DNA of 64,000 bases from NCBI RefSeq assembly GCF_009914755.1, contig NC_060940.1. One strand, 5' to 3'. A program made the translations under genes and the position numbers. The notes under the pieces are model-generated. The model ran no database searches. It saw only the letters and a program-made list of their open reading frames with translations, and was not told where the DNA came from. The stretch is from the human T2T-CHM13v2.0 reference genome, Homo sapiens. How positions within the stretch are numbered: the first letter of the stretch is position 1; every line of letters begins with the position of its first letter. This document shows positions 1-14,178 of the stretch, piece by piece.

Positions 1-448
1 TCCATTCAATGATAATTCCATTCAATTCAGTGATTCCTCTGGACTCCATTTGATGATGATTCCATTCAATGATTCCGTTCGATTCTATTCCAAAATGATT
101 CCATTTGAATCCATTTGATGATGATTCCATTAGATTCCATTTGATGATTCCATTCGATTCCATTTGACGATGATTCCATTCGATTCCATTTGCTGATTCC
201 ATTCTATTCTATTCGATGACGATTCCATTCGATTCCATTCGATGATGATTGGATTCGATTCCATTTGATGATTTCATTTGATTCCATTCGTTAATGATTT
301 TGATCAACTCCATTCGATGATTCCATTTAATTCCATTCGATAATGATTACATCCGAGTCCATTCAATGATTCCATTTGAGCCCGTTCGATAATTCCATTT
401 GAGTCCAATCAATGATTCCATTCATTTCCATTCAATGATTCCATTCGA
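1..448 (+). repeat. Tail of a deleted (~2.2-kb period) HSat2 monomer
   Basis: Bases 1-~425 match 2182-~2680 (marker cagtgattcctctggactcc at ~28 and ~2209). After ~448 the sequence matches 7375 onward (gaatctattccatgatgattccttgcg), at offset 6927. Confidence 0.85.
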
Positions 449-2261
449 ATCTATTCCATGATGATTCCTTGCGATTCCATTCGCTGATGTTTCCGTTCAA
501 TTACATTCGATGATGATTCCATTCGATTCCATTCATTGAGGATTCCATTTGATTCCATTAAATGATGATTCCGTTCTATTCCATTCAATGATTGCATTCA
601 ATTCCATTCAATGATTATCCCCTTAGGGTAAACTCATTGATTCCATTCAATACCATTCGATGATGATTCCTTTTGAGTCCATTCAATGATTTCATTCAAG
701 TCCATTTGATGATTCCTTTCAATTCCATTCTATGATGATTCCATTCGAGTCCATTCGATGATTCCATTCAATTGCATTCGATGATTCCATTATATTCCAG
801 TCAACGATGATTCCATTCGAGTCCATTCGATGATTCCATTAGAGTACATTTAATGATTGCTTTGTTTTCAATTCGAAGATGATTACATTGGATTCCATTC
901 TATGATACCATTCGATTCCATTCAATGATGATTCCACTCAAATCCATTGGATGATTCCATTCGTGTCCGTTCGGTGATTTCATTAGATTCCATTCGAGGA
1001 TGATTCCATTCGATTCCATTCGATGACTGCATTCAATTCCATTCGATGATGATTCCATTCCAGTCCATATGATCATTCCATTTGATTTCATTCGATGATG
1101 ATTCCATTCGATTCCATTCGATGATTCCATTCTATTCCATTCGATGATGATTCCATTCGAGTCCATTCGATGATTCCATTCGAGTCCATTTAATGATTCC
1201 ATTGGGTTCAATTCAATGATGATTACATTGGATTCCGTTCTATGATTCCATTCAATTCCGTTCATTGACAATTTGATTCCATTCGATGATGATTCCATTT
1301 GAGTTCATTCGATGATTCTATTCGATTCTCTTCGATGGTGATTCAATTCTATTATATTGGATGATTCCATTCGATTCCATTTGAAGTTGATTCAATTCGA
1401 TTCTATTCGATGATGATTCCATTGGATTTCACTTGATGATTCTATTCGATTCCATTCAATGATGATTCACTTCTCGTCCATTGGATGATTCCATTTCATT
1501 CCATTCGATGATGATTCCATTCCATTCCTTTCGATGATTCCATTTGATTCCATGCGACGGTGAGCAATTCGATTCAATTCCATGATGATTCTATTTGATT
1601 CAATTAGATGATGTTTCCATTCGAATCCATTCCATGATTATTCCATTGGAATCCATTTGGCGATGATTCCATATGAGTCAATTCAATGATGATTCCATAC
1701 GGGTCCGTTCGATGATAATTCCATTTGATTTCATTCGATGCTTCTATTCAATTCCAGTCGATGATGATTCCGTTGGAGTCCATACGATGATTCCATTTGA
1801 TTTCATTTGATGATGATTCCATTCGATGATGATTACATTGGATTCCATTCTATGATTCCATTCAATTCCATTCGTTGATGATTCGATTCCATTCAATGAT
1901 GATTCCATTTGAGTTCATTCGATGATTCTATTCGATTCCGTTCGATGGTGATTCAATTCTATTATATTGGATGATTCCACTCGATTCCATTTGATGATTA
2001 TTCCATTGGAGTCCACTTAGTGAATCCTTTAGATTCTACTCGAAGATGATTCCATTCGAGTCCATTCGATGATACCATTCAATTCCATTCGTTGATGCTT
2101 CCATTCAAGTGCATTCGATGATATCATTCGATTCCATTTGATGATAATTCCATTTGATTCCATGCAATGATTCTATTCGATTCCATTCAATGATAATTCC
2201 ATTCAATTCAGTGATTCCTCTGGACTCCATTTGATGATGATTCCATTCAATGATTCCATTC

Positions 2262-2411
2262 GATTCTATTCGAAAATGATTCCATTTGAATCCATTTGAT
2301 GATGATTCCATTAGATTCCATTTGATGATTCCATTCGATTCTATTCTAAAATGATTCCATTTGAATCCATTTGATGATGATTCCATTAGATTCCATTTGA
2401 TGATTCCATTC
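2262..2411 (+). repeat. 75-bp local tandem duplication private to copy 1
   Basis: gattctattcgaaaatgattccatttgaatcc at 2262 repeats as gattctattctaaaatgattccatttgaatcc at 2337. The segment is single at ~81, ~9189 and ~15992. Confidence 0.9.
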
Positions 2412-3544
2412 GATTCCATTTGATGATGATTCCATTCGATTCCATTTGATGATTCCATTCTATTCTATTCGATGATGATTCCATTCGATTCCATTCGATG
2501 ATGATTGGATTCGATTCCATTTGATGATTTCATTTGATTCCATTCGTTAATGATTTCGATCAACTCCATTCGATGATTCCATTTAATTCCATTCAATAAT
2601 GATTACATCCGAGTCCATTCGATGATTCCATTTGAGCCCGTTCGATAATTCCATTTGAGTCCAATCAATGATTCCATTCATTTCCATTCAATGATTCCAT
2701 TCGAGTCCATTTGATCATTCCGGTAGGGTCCGTTCGATGTTGATTCCATTGGAGTGCATTCGATGATTCCATTCGAGTCCATTTTATGATTTGATTCGAG
2801 TCCTTTCGATGATTCCATTCGATTCCACTCGATGATGATTTCATTCGAGTCCATTCGACACTTCCAATCGATTCCATTTGATGTTTCCATTCGAGTCCAA
2901 TTGATGATTCCATTCAATTCCATTCGATGATGATTCCGTACGATTCCATTCTGTGATGATTCCATGTGATTGCATTCAATGATGATTCCTTTCGATTGCA
3001 TTCGATTATGATTCATTTCGTGTTCATTCTATGGTTCCACAGGTTTCCATTCGATGACGTTTCCGTTCGTGTCCATTCCATTATTCCATTCTATTTCATT
3101 TGATGATGATTCCATTCGATTCCATTCATTGGTGATTCCACTCAATTCCATTCAATGATTCCATTCCATTTCTTTCAACAATGATTCCATTAGTTTCTAT
3201 TCGATGATCCACTTGATTCCATTTGGCGATGATTCCATTCGTGTCCATTCGATGATTCCATTTGATTCCATATGATGATGATTCCATTCGATTCCATACC
3301 ATGATGATTCCATTCGAGTCCATTCAATGGTGATTCCATTCAATTCCATTCGATGATTCCTTTTGATTCCATTCGATGATGATGGCATTCGATTCCTTTC
3401 AATCATTCCCTTTGATTCCATTCAAAGGTGATTTCATTCAAGTCCATTCGATAATTGCATTCGATTCCATTCTATGATGATTCCATTCGAGTCCATTTGA
3501 TGATTCCATTCAATTCAAGTCAATGATGATTCCATTCGATTCCA

Positions 3545-5005
3545 CTCGATGATTCCATTGGATTCCATTCAGTGATGATTCCATTCAAATCCATTCGATA
3601 ATTCAATTCAAGTCCATTCGATGATGATTCCAATCGAATCCATTCAAAGATTCCATTCAATTCCATTCGATGATGATTCCCTTAGATTCTATTCGATGAT
3701 TCCACTTGATTCCATTTACGATGATTGCATTCGATTCCATGTGATGAATCCATTCAATTCTATTCAATGATGTTTCCATTTGATTCCATTGGACCATGAT
3801 TGCCTTTGATTCCATTCAATGATTCCATTCGGTTCCATTTGATGATGATTCCGTTCGATTCCATTTCATTATTCCATTTGATTCCATTGGATGAGTCCAT
3901 TCGATTACATTCGATGATTATTCCATTCGAGTGCATTAGATGATTGCATTCGAGTCCATTCGATGATTCCATTCGATTCCATTCGATGTTGATTCTGTTC
4001 AAATCCATTCGATGATTCCACTCGATTCCATTCGATGACTCCATTTGATCCCATTCGATGATTTCCTGTGATTCCCTTTGATGATCATTCTATTTGATTC
4101 AATTCGGTGATTTCATTTCATTCCATTCAGTGATGTTTCCATTCGACTGTATTCCATGATGATTCCATTCGACTCCATTCGATTATGATTTCATTCAATT
4201 CCATTCAATAATGATTCCCTTCGAGTCCATTCGATGATTCCATTCGATTCCATTCAACGATGATTTGATTCGTTTCCATTCGATGATTCCATTGGATTCC
4301 ATTCGATGATGATTCCATTCAAATCCATTCGATAATTCAATTCAAGTCCATTCAATGATGATTCCAATCGAATCCATTCAAAGATTCCATTCAGTTCCAT
4401 TCGATGATTCCCTTAGATTCCATTCGATGATTCCACTTGATTCCATTTACGATGATTCCATTCGATTCCATGTGATGATTCCATTCAATTCTATTCAATG
4501 ATGTTTCCATTTGATTCCATTCGACCATGATTGCCTTTGATTCCATTCAATGATTCCATTCGGTTCCTTTTGATGATGATTCCGTTCGATTCCATTTGAT
4601 GATTCCATTTGATTCCATTGGTTGAGTCCATTCGATTACATTCGATGATTATTCCATTCGAGTGCATTAGATGATTCCATTCGAGTCCATTCGATGATTC
4701 CATTCGATTCCATTCGATGTTGATTCTGTTCAAATCCATTCGATGATTCCACTCGATTCCATTCGATGACTCCATTTGATCCCATTCGATGATTTCCTGT
4801 GATTCCCTTTGATGATCATTCCATTTGATTCAATTCGGTGATTTCATTTGATTCCATTCAGTGACGTTTCCATTCGACTCCATTCGATGATGATTCCATT
4901 CGACTCCATTCGATTATGATTTCATTCAATTCCATTCGATAATGATTCCCTTCGAGTCCATTCGATGATTCCATTCGATTCCATTCAACGATGATTTGAT
5001 TCGTG
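3545..5005 (+). repeat. Internal ~731-734-bp tandem dimer within the 6.8-kb unit
   Basis: Near-identical ORFs at 3760/4491 and 10612/11343 (offset 731). The marker caaatccattcgataattcaattcaagtcc occurs at ~3586 and ~4320. Confidence 0.9.
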
Positions 5006-7375
5006 TCCGTTCGATGATTCCATTTGATTCCACTTGATGATGATTCCATTCGAGTCCATTTGATGATTCCATTCAATTCCATTCTCCGATGATTTCTTTT
5101 GAGCCCACTCAATGCTTCCACTCGATTCCATATGATGATGACTCTATTCGATGAAATTCGATGATGATTCCATTCGCTTGCTTTCGATGATGATTCCACT
5201 TGAGTCCGTTAGAAGATTCTATTCAATTACATTCCATGACGATTCCGTTCGAGTCCATTTGATGATTCCATTAGACTCCATTCGACGATGATTCCATTCG
5301 ATGTTATTCGATGATTCCATTCGATCTCATTCGATGATGATTCCATTCAACTCCATTCGATGTTTCCATTCGAGTTCATTCTATTATTCCATTACATTCC
5401 ATTCGATGATGATTCCATTCGATTCCGTTTGATGATTGCATTCTATTTCATTTGATGATGATTCCATTCGAGTCCACTCAATGATTCCATTCGAGTCCGT
5501 TTAATGAATCCATTGGTTTCAATTCTATGATGATTACATTGGATTCCATTCGTTGATGATTTCATTCGGTTCCATTCAATGATGATTCCATTCAATTCCT
5601 TTCAATGTTTCCATTCAATTCCATACGATGATGATTCCATTTGATTTGATTCGACAGTGAGCCATTCGATTCAATTCCATGATGATTCTATTTTATTCAA
5701 TTGGTTGACATTTCCATTCGATTCCATTCGATGATGATTCCCTTTGATTCCATTCAAAGATGATTCCATTCTAGCCCATTCAATCATTCCATTCGATTCT
5801 ATTCAATGATGATTCCATTCATGTCGATTTGGTGATTCCATTTGACTTCATTTGATGATGATTCCTTTCAAGTTCATTAGATGATTCCATTCGATTCCAT
5901 TTGATGATGATCCCATTCGAGTCCATTCAGTGATTCCATTCGTTTCCATTCCATGATGATTCCATTCCATTCCATTCAATGATTCCATTCGATTCCGTTT
6001 GATTATGATTTCATTCGAGTCCATTTGATGATTCCATTTGATTCCATTCGATGATGATTCCATTCGAGTCCATTCGATGATTCTATTCGAATCCATTTGA
6101 TGATTACTTTTGATTATATTTGGTGATGATTCCATTGGAGTCCATTCAATGATTCCATTCGATTCCAATCGATGATGATTCCATTAGAGTCCATTTAATG
6201 ATTCCATTTGATTCCAGTCTCTGATGATTACATTCGAGTCCATACGATGATTCCACTCAATTCCATATGATGATGATTCCATTCGATTCCATTCGATGAT
6301 TCCATTCTATTCTATTCAATGGTGATTCCATTCGAGTACATTAGATGATTCCATTCGATTCCATTCAATGATGATTCTATTTGTGTCCCTTAGATGGTTC
6401 CACATGATTCCATTACATGATGATACTATTTGAGCCCATCCAATGATTCCCTTCGATTCCATTCGATGAGGATTCCATTCGATTCAATTCATTGGTGATT
6501 CTATTCAATTCAATTCTTTGATTCCATTCCATTCCATTCGACAATGATTCCATTCGATTTCTTTCGATGATTCCACTCGATTCCACTTGACATTGATTCC
6601 ATTCGATTCCATTCAATGATTCCGTTTGATTCCAGTGGATGATGATTGCCATCGATTCCATTCGATCACTCCATTCTATTCCATTTGATGATGATTACAT
6701 TCGATTCCATTTGATGATTCCATCTGATTCTATTCGAGGATTCCATTTGATTCCATTCGATGATGATTCCATTCGAGTCCATTCGATGATTTCATTCGAG
6801 TACATCCAATGATTCCATTCGAGTCCATTTGATGATTCCATTTGATTCCATTTGATTATGATTCTACTAGAGTCCATTCAATGACTCCATTCGAATCCAT
6901 TCATCAATTCCATTCGAGTCCATTCGATGATTCCATTTCATGATTCCATTCGAGTCCATTTAATCATTACAGTCAAGTCCGTTTGGTGATTCCACTGGAT
7001 TTCTTTTGATAATGATACCATTCAATTACATTTGATGATGATCCCATTCAATTTCATTTGATGATGATTCCATTAGAGTCCATTCGATGATTTCATTCGA
7101 GTCCCTTCATTGATTCCATCCGATTTCATTTGATGATGACTCCATTCGAGTTCATTCGATGATTCCACTCGATTCCATTAGATGATTCCATTGGAGTCCA
7201 TTTCATTGTTCCATTCGATTCCATTCGATTCCTTTCGAAGATTATTCCATTTGAGTCCATTCGATGATGATTCCATTCCATTCCATTCGATGATTCCGTT
7301 TGATTCCATTCGATGATTCCCTTCGATTCCTTTCTTTGATGATTCCATTCCATTCCATTCAATGATTCCATTCGA

Positions 7376-10300
7376 ATCTATTCCATGATGATTCCTTGCG
7401 ATTCCATTCGCTGATGTTTCCATTCAATTCCATTCGATGATGATTCCATTCGATTCCATTCATTGAGGATTCCATTTGATTCCATTCAATGATGATTCCG
7501 TTCTATTCCATTCAATGATTGCATTCAATTCCATTCAATGATTATCCCCTTAGAGTAAACTCAATGATTCCATTCAATACCATTCGATGATGATTCCTTT
7601 TGAGTCCATTCAATGATTTCATTCAAGTCCATTTGATGATTCCTTTCAATTCCATTCTATGATGATTCCATTCGAGTCCATTCTGTGATTCCATTCAATT
7701 GCATTCGATGATTCCATTATATTCCAGTCCACGATGATTCCATTCGAGTCCATTCGATGATTCCATTAGAGTACATTTAATGATTGCTTTGTTTTCAATT
7801 CGAAGATGATTACATTGGATTCCATTCTATGATACCATTCGATTCCATTCAATGATGATTCCACTCAAATCCATTGGATGATTCCATTCGTGTCCGTTCG
7901 GTGATTTCATTAGATTCCATTCGAGGATGATTCCATTCGATTCCATTCGATGATTCCATTCAATTCCATTCGATGATGATTCCATTCCAGTCCATATGAT
8001 CATTCCATTTGATTTCATTCGATGATGATTCCATTCGATTCCATTCGACGATTCCATTCTATTCCATTCGATGATGATTCCATTCGAGTCCATTCGATGA
8101 TTCCATTCGAGTCCATTTAATGATTCCATTGGGTTCAATTCAATGATGATTACATTGGATTCCGTTCTATGATTCCATTCAATTCCGTTCATTGACAATT
8201 TGATTCCATTCGATGATGATTCCATTTGAGTTCATTCGATGATTCTATTCGATTCTCTTCGATGGTGATTCAATTCTATTATATTGGATGATTCCATTCG
8301 ATTCCATTTGATGTTGATTCAATTCGATTCTATTCGATGATGATTCCATTGGATTTCACTTGATGATTCTATTCGATTCCATTCAATGATGATTCACTTC
8401 TCGTCCATTGGATGATTCCATTTCATTCCATTCGATGATGATTCCATTCGATTCCTTTCGATGATTCCATTTGATTCCATGCGACGGTGAGCAATTCGAT
8501 TCAATTCCATGATGATTCTATTTGATTCAATTAGATGATGTTTCCATTCGAATCCATTCCATGATTATTCCATTGGAATCCATTTGGCGATGATTCCATA
8601 TGAGTCAATTCAATGATGATTCCATATGGGTCCGTTCGATGATAATTCCATTTGATTTCATTCGATGCTTCTATTCAATTCCAGTCGATGATGATTCCGT
8701 TGGAGTCCATACGATGATTCCATTTGATTTCATTTGATGATGATTCCATTCGATGATGATTACATTGGATTCCATTCTATGATTCCATTCAATTCCATTC
8801 GTTGATGATTCGATTCCATTCAATGATGATTCCATTTGAGTTCATTCGATGATTCTATTCGATTCCGTTCGATGGTGATTCAATTCTCTTATATTGGATG
8901 ATTCCACTCGATTCCATTTGATGATTATTCCATTGGAGTCCACTTAGTGAATCCTTTAGATTCTACTCGAAGATGATTCCATTCGAGTCCATTCGATGAT
9001 ACCATTCAATTCCATTCGTTGATGCTTCCATTCAAGTGCATTCGATGATATCATTCGATTCCATTTGATGATAATTCCATTTGATTCCATGCAATGATTC
9101 TATTCGATTCCATTCAATGATAATTCCATTCAATTCAGTGATTCCTCTGGACTCCATTTGATGATGATTCCATTCAATGATTCCATTCGATTCTATTCGA
9201 AAATGATTCCATTTGAATCCATTTGATGATGATTCCATTAGATTCCATTTGATGATTCCATTCGATTCCATTTGATGATGATTCCATTCGATTCCATTTG
9301 ATGATTCCATTCTATTCTATTCGATGATGATTCCATTCGATTCCATTCGATGATGATTGGATTCGATTCCATTTGATGATTTTATTTGATTCCATTCGTT
9401 AATGATTTCGATCAATTCCATTCGATGATTCCATTCGATTCCATTCGATAATGATTACATCCGAGTCCATTCGATGATTCCATTTGAGCCCGTTCGATAA
9501 TTCCATTTGAGTCCAATCAATGATTCCATTCATTTCCATTCAATGATTCCATTCGAGTCCATTTGATCATTCCGGTAGGGTCCGTTCGATGTTGATTCCA
9601 TTGGAGTGCATTCGATGATTCCATTCGAGTCCATTTTAGGATTTGATTCGAGTCCTTTCGATGATTCCATTCGATTCCACTCGATGATGATTTCATTCGA
9701 GTCCATTCGACACTTCCAATCGATTCCATTTGATGTTTCCATTCGAGTCCAATTGATGATTCCATTCAATTCCATTCGATGATGATTCCGTACGATTCCA
9801 TTCTGTGATGATTCCATGTGATTGCATTCAATGATGATTCCTTTCGATTGCATTCGATTATGATTCATTTCGTGTTCATTCTATGGTTCCACAGGTTTCC
9901 ATTCGATGACGTTTCCGTTCGTGTCCATTCCATTATTCCATTCTATTTCATTTGATGATGATTCCATTCGATTCCATTCATTGGTGATTCCACTCAATTC
10001 CATTCAATGATTCCATTCCATTTCTTTCAACAATGATTCCTTTAGTTTCTATTCGATGATCCACTTGATTCCATTTGGTGATGATTCCATTCGTGTCCAT
10101 TCGATGATTCCATTTGATTCCATATGATGATGATTCCATTCGATTCCATACGATGATGATTCCATTCGAGTCCATTCAATGGTGATTCCATTCAATTCCA
10201 TTCGATGATTCCTTCCGATTCCATTCGATGATGATGGCATTCGATTCCTTTCAATCATTCCCTTTGATTCCATTCAAAGGTGATTTCATTCAAGTCCATT

Positions 10301-13300
10301 CGATAATTGCATTCGATTCCATTCTATGATGATTCCATTCGAGTCCATTTGATGATTCCATTCAATTCAAGTCAATGATGATTCCATTCGATTCCACTCG
10401 ATGATTCCATTGGATTCCATTCGATGATGATTCCATTCAAATCCATTCGATAATTCAATTCAAGTCCATTCGATGATGATTCCAATCGAATCCATTCACA
10501 GATTCCATTCAATTCCATTCGATGATGATTCCCTTAGATTCCATTCGATGATTCCACTTGATTCCATTTACGATGATTCCATTCGATTCCATGTGATGAA
10601 TCCATTCAATTCTATTCAATGATGTTTCCATTTGATTCCATTGGACCATGATTGCCTTTGATTCCATTCAATGATTCCATTCGGTTCCATTTGATGATGA
10701 TTCCGTTCGATTCCATTTCATTATTCCATTTGATTCCATTGGATGAGTCCATTCGATTACATTCGATGATTATTCCATTCGAGTGCATTAGATGATTGCA
10801 TTCGAGTCCATTCGATGATTCCATTCGATTCCATTCGATGTTGATTCTGTTCAAATCCATTCGATGATTCCACTCGATTCCATTCGATGACTCCATTTGA
10901 TCCCATTCGATGATTTCCTGTGATTCCCTTTGATGATCATTCTATTTGATTCAATTCGGTGATTTCATTTCATTCCATTCAGTGATGTTTCCATTCGACT
11001 GTATTCCATGATGATTCCATTCGACTCCATTCGATTATGATTTCATTCAATTCCATTCAATAATGATTCCCTTCGAGTCCATTCGATGATTCCATTCGAT
11101 TCCATTCAACGATGATTTGATTCGTTTCCATTCGATGATTCCATTGGATTCCATTCGATGATGATTCCATTCAAATCCATTCGATAATTCAATTCAAGTC
11201 CATTCAATGATGATTCCAATCGAATCCATTCAAAGATTCCATTCAGTTCCATTCGATGATTCCCTTAGATTCCATTCGATGATTCCACTTGATTCCATTT
11301 ACGATGATTCCATTCGATTCCATGTGATGATTCCATTCAATTCTATTCAATGATGTTTCCATTTGATTCCATTCGACCATGATTGCCTTTGATTCCATTC
11401 AATGATTCCATTCGGTTGCTTTTGATGATGATTCCGTTCGATTCCATTTGATGATTCCATTTGATTCCATTGGTTGAGTCCATTCGATTACATTCGATGA
11501 TTATTCCATTCGAGTGCATTAGATGATTCCATTCGAGTCCATTCGATGATTCCATTCGATTCCATTCGATGTTGATTCTGCTCAAATCCATTCGATGATT
11601 CCACTCGATTCCATTCGATGACTCCATTTGATCCCATTCGATGATTTCCTGTGATTCCCTTTGATGATCATTCCATTTGATTCAATTCGGTGATTTCATT
11701 TGATTCCATTCAGTGACGTTTCCATTCGACTCCATTCGATGATGATTCCATTCGACTCCATTCGATTATGATTTCATTCAATTCCATTCGATAATGATTC
11801 CCTTCGAGTCCATTCGATGATTCCATTCGATTCCATTCAACGATGATTTGATTCGTGTCCGTTCGATGATTCCATTTGATTCCACTTGATGATGATTCCA
11901 TTCGAGTCCATTTGATGATTCCATTCAATTCCATTCTCCGATGATTTCTTTTGAGCCCACTCAATGCTTCCACTCGATTCCATATGATGATGACTCCATT
12001 CGATGCAATTCGATGATGATTCCATTCGCTTGCTTTCGATGATGATTCCACTTGAGTCCGTTAGAAGATTCTATTCAATTACATTCCATGACGATTCCGT
12101 TCGAGTCCATTTGATGATTCCATTAGACTCCATTCGACGATGATTCCATTCGATGTTATTCGATGATTCCATTCGATCTCATTCGATGATGATTCCATTC
12201 AACTCCATTCGATGTTTCCATTCGAGTTCATTCTATTATTCCATTAGATTCCATTCGATGATGATTCCATTCGATTCCGTTTGATGATTGCATTCTATTT
12301 CATTTGATGATGATTCCATTCGAGTCCACTCAATGATTCCATTCGAGTCCGTTTAATGAATCCATTGGTTTCAATTCTATGATGATTACATTGGATTCCA
12401 TTCGTTGATGATTTCATTCGGTTCCATTCAATGATGATTCCATTCAATTCCTTTCAATGTTTCCATTCAATTGCATACGATGATGCTTCCATTTGATTTG
12501 ATTCGACAGTGAGCCATTCGATTCAATTCCATGATGAATCTATTTTATTCAATTGGTTGACATTTCCATTCGATTCCATTCGATGATGATTCCCTTTGAT
12601 TCCATTCAAAGATGATTCCATTCTAGCCCATTCAATCATTCCATTCGATTCTATTCAATGATGATTCCATTCATGTCGATTTGGTGATTCCATTTGACTT
12701 CATTTGATGATGATTCCTTTCAAGTTCATTAGATGATTCCATTCGATTCCATTTGATGATGATTCCATTCCATTCCATTCAATGATTCCATTCGATTCCG
12801 TTTGATGATGATTTCATTCGAGTCCATTTGATGATTCCATTTGATTCCATTCGATGATGATTCCATTCGGGTCCATTCGATGATTCTATTCGAATCCATT
12901 TGATGATTACTTTTGATTATATTTGGTGATGATTCCATTGGAGTCCATTCACTGATTCCATTCGATTCCAATCGATGATGATTCCATTAGAGTCCATTTA
13001 ATGATTCCATTTGATTCCAGTCTCTGATGATTACATTCGAGTCCATACGATGATTCCACTCAATTCCATATGATGATGATTCCATTCGATTCCATTCGAT
13101 GATTCCATTCTATTCTATTCAATGGTGATTCCATTCGAGTACATTAGATGATTCCATTCGATTCCATTCAATGATGATTCTATTTGTGTCCCTTAGATGG
13201 TTCCACATGATTCCATTACATGATGATACTATTTGAGCCCATCCAATGATTCCCTTCGATTCCATTCGATGAGGATTCCATTCGATTCAATTCATTGGTG

Positions 13301-14178
13301 ATTCTATTCAATTCAATTCTTTGATTCCATTCCATTCCATTCGACAATGATTCCATTCGATTTCTTTCGATGATTCCACTCGATTCCACTTGACATTGAT
13401 TCCATTCGATTCCATTCAATGATTCCGTTTGATTCCAGTGGATGATGATTGCCATCGATTCCATTCGATCACTCCATTCTATTCCATTTGATGATGATTA
13501 CATTCGATTCCATTTGATGATTCCATCTGATTCTATTCGAGGATTCCATTTGATTCCATTCGATGATGATTCCATTCGAGTCCATTCGATGATTTCATTC
13601 GAGTACACCCAATGATTCCATTCGAGTCCATTTGATGATTCCATTTGATTCCATTTGATTATGATTCTACTAGAGTCCATTCAATGACTCCATTCGAATC
13701 CATTCATCAATTCCATTCGAGTCCATTCGATGATTCCATTTCATGATTCCATTCGAGTCCATTTAATCATTACAGTCAAGTCCGTTTGGTGATTCCACTG
13801 GATTTCTTTTGATAATGATACCATTCAATTTTATTTGATGATGATCCCATTCAATTTCATTTGATGATGATTCCATTAGAGTCCATTCGATGATTTCATT
13901 CCAGTCCCTTCATTGATTCCATCCGATTTCATTGGATGATGACTCCATTCGAGTTCATTCGATGATTCCACTCGATTCCATTAGATGATTCCATTGGAGT
14001 CCATTTGATTGTTCCATTCGATTCCATTCGATTCCTTTCGAAGATTATTCCATTTGAGTCCATTCGATGATGATTCCATTCCATTCCATTCGATGATTCC
14101 GTTTGATTCCATTCGATGATTCCCTTCGATTCCTTTCTTTGATGATTCCATTCCATTCCATTCAATGATTCCATTCGA
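7376..14178 (+). repeat. ~6.8-kb HSat2 higher-order unit, copy 2 (6803 bp)
   Basis: Constant offset of 6803 to the next copy (7827->14630, 9032->15835, 9517->16320, 10612->17415). Confidence 0.9.

Larger units (their letters stand above)
449..7375 (+). repeat. ~6.8-kb HSat2 higher-order unit, copy 1 (6927 bp)
   Basis: Marker ORFs recur at offset 6927 (900->7827, 2105->9032), then 6852 (2665->9517, 4858->11710), then 6803 (6413->13216). This copy therefore carries +75 and +49 bp relative to copy 2. Confidence 0.9.

Noticed and set aside
245-256. Possible DUX4 sites (tgattggattc, tgattccatta)
   Set aside because: These are only mismatched versions of the TAAYYBAATCA consensus and cannot be called from sequence alone.
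617-636. atccccttaggggtaaactc-like GC patch / telomere-like TTAGGG at ~624
   Set aside because: This is a single hexamer made by a point variant. Paralogous positions read ttagagt (~7550, ~63468) and ttagatt (~14353), so it is not a telomeric repeat.
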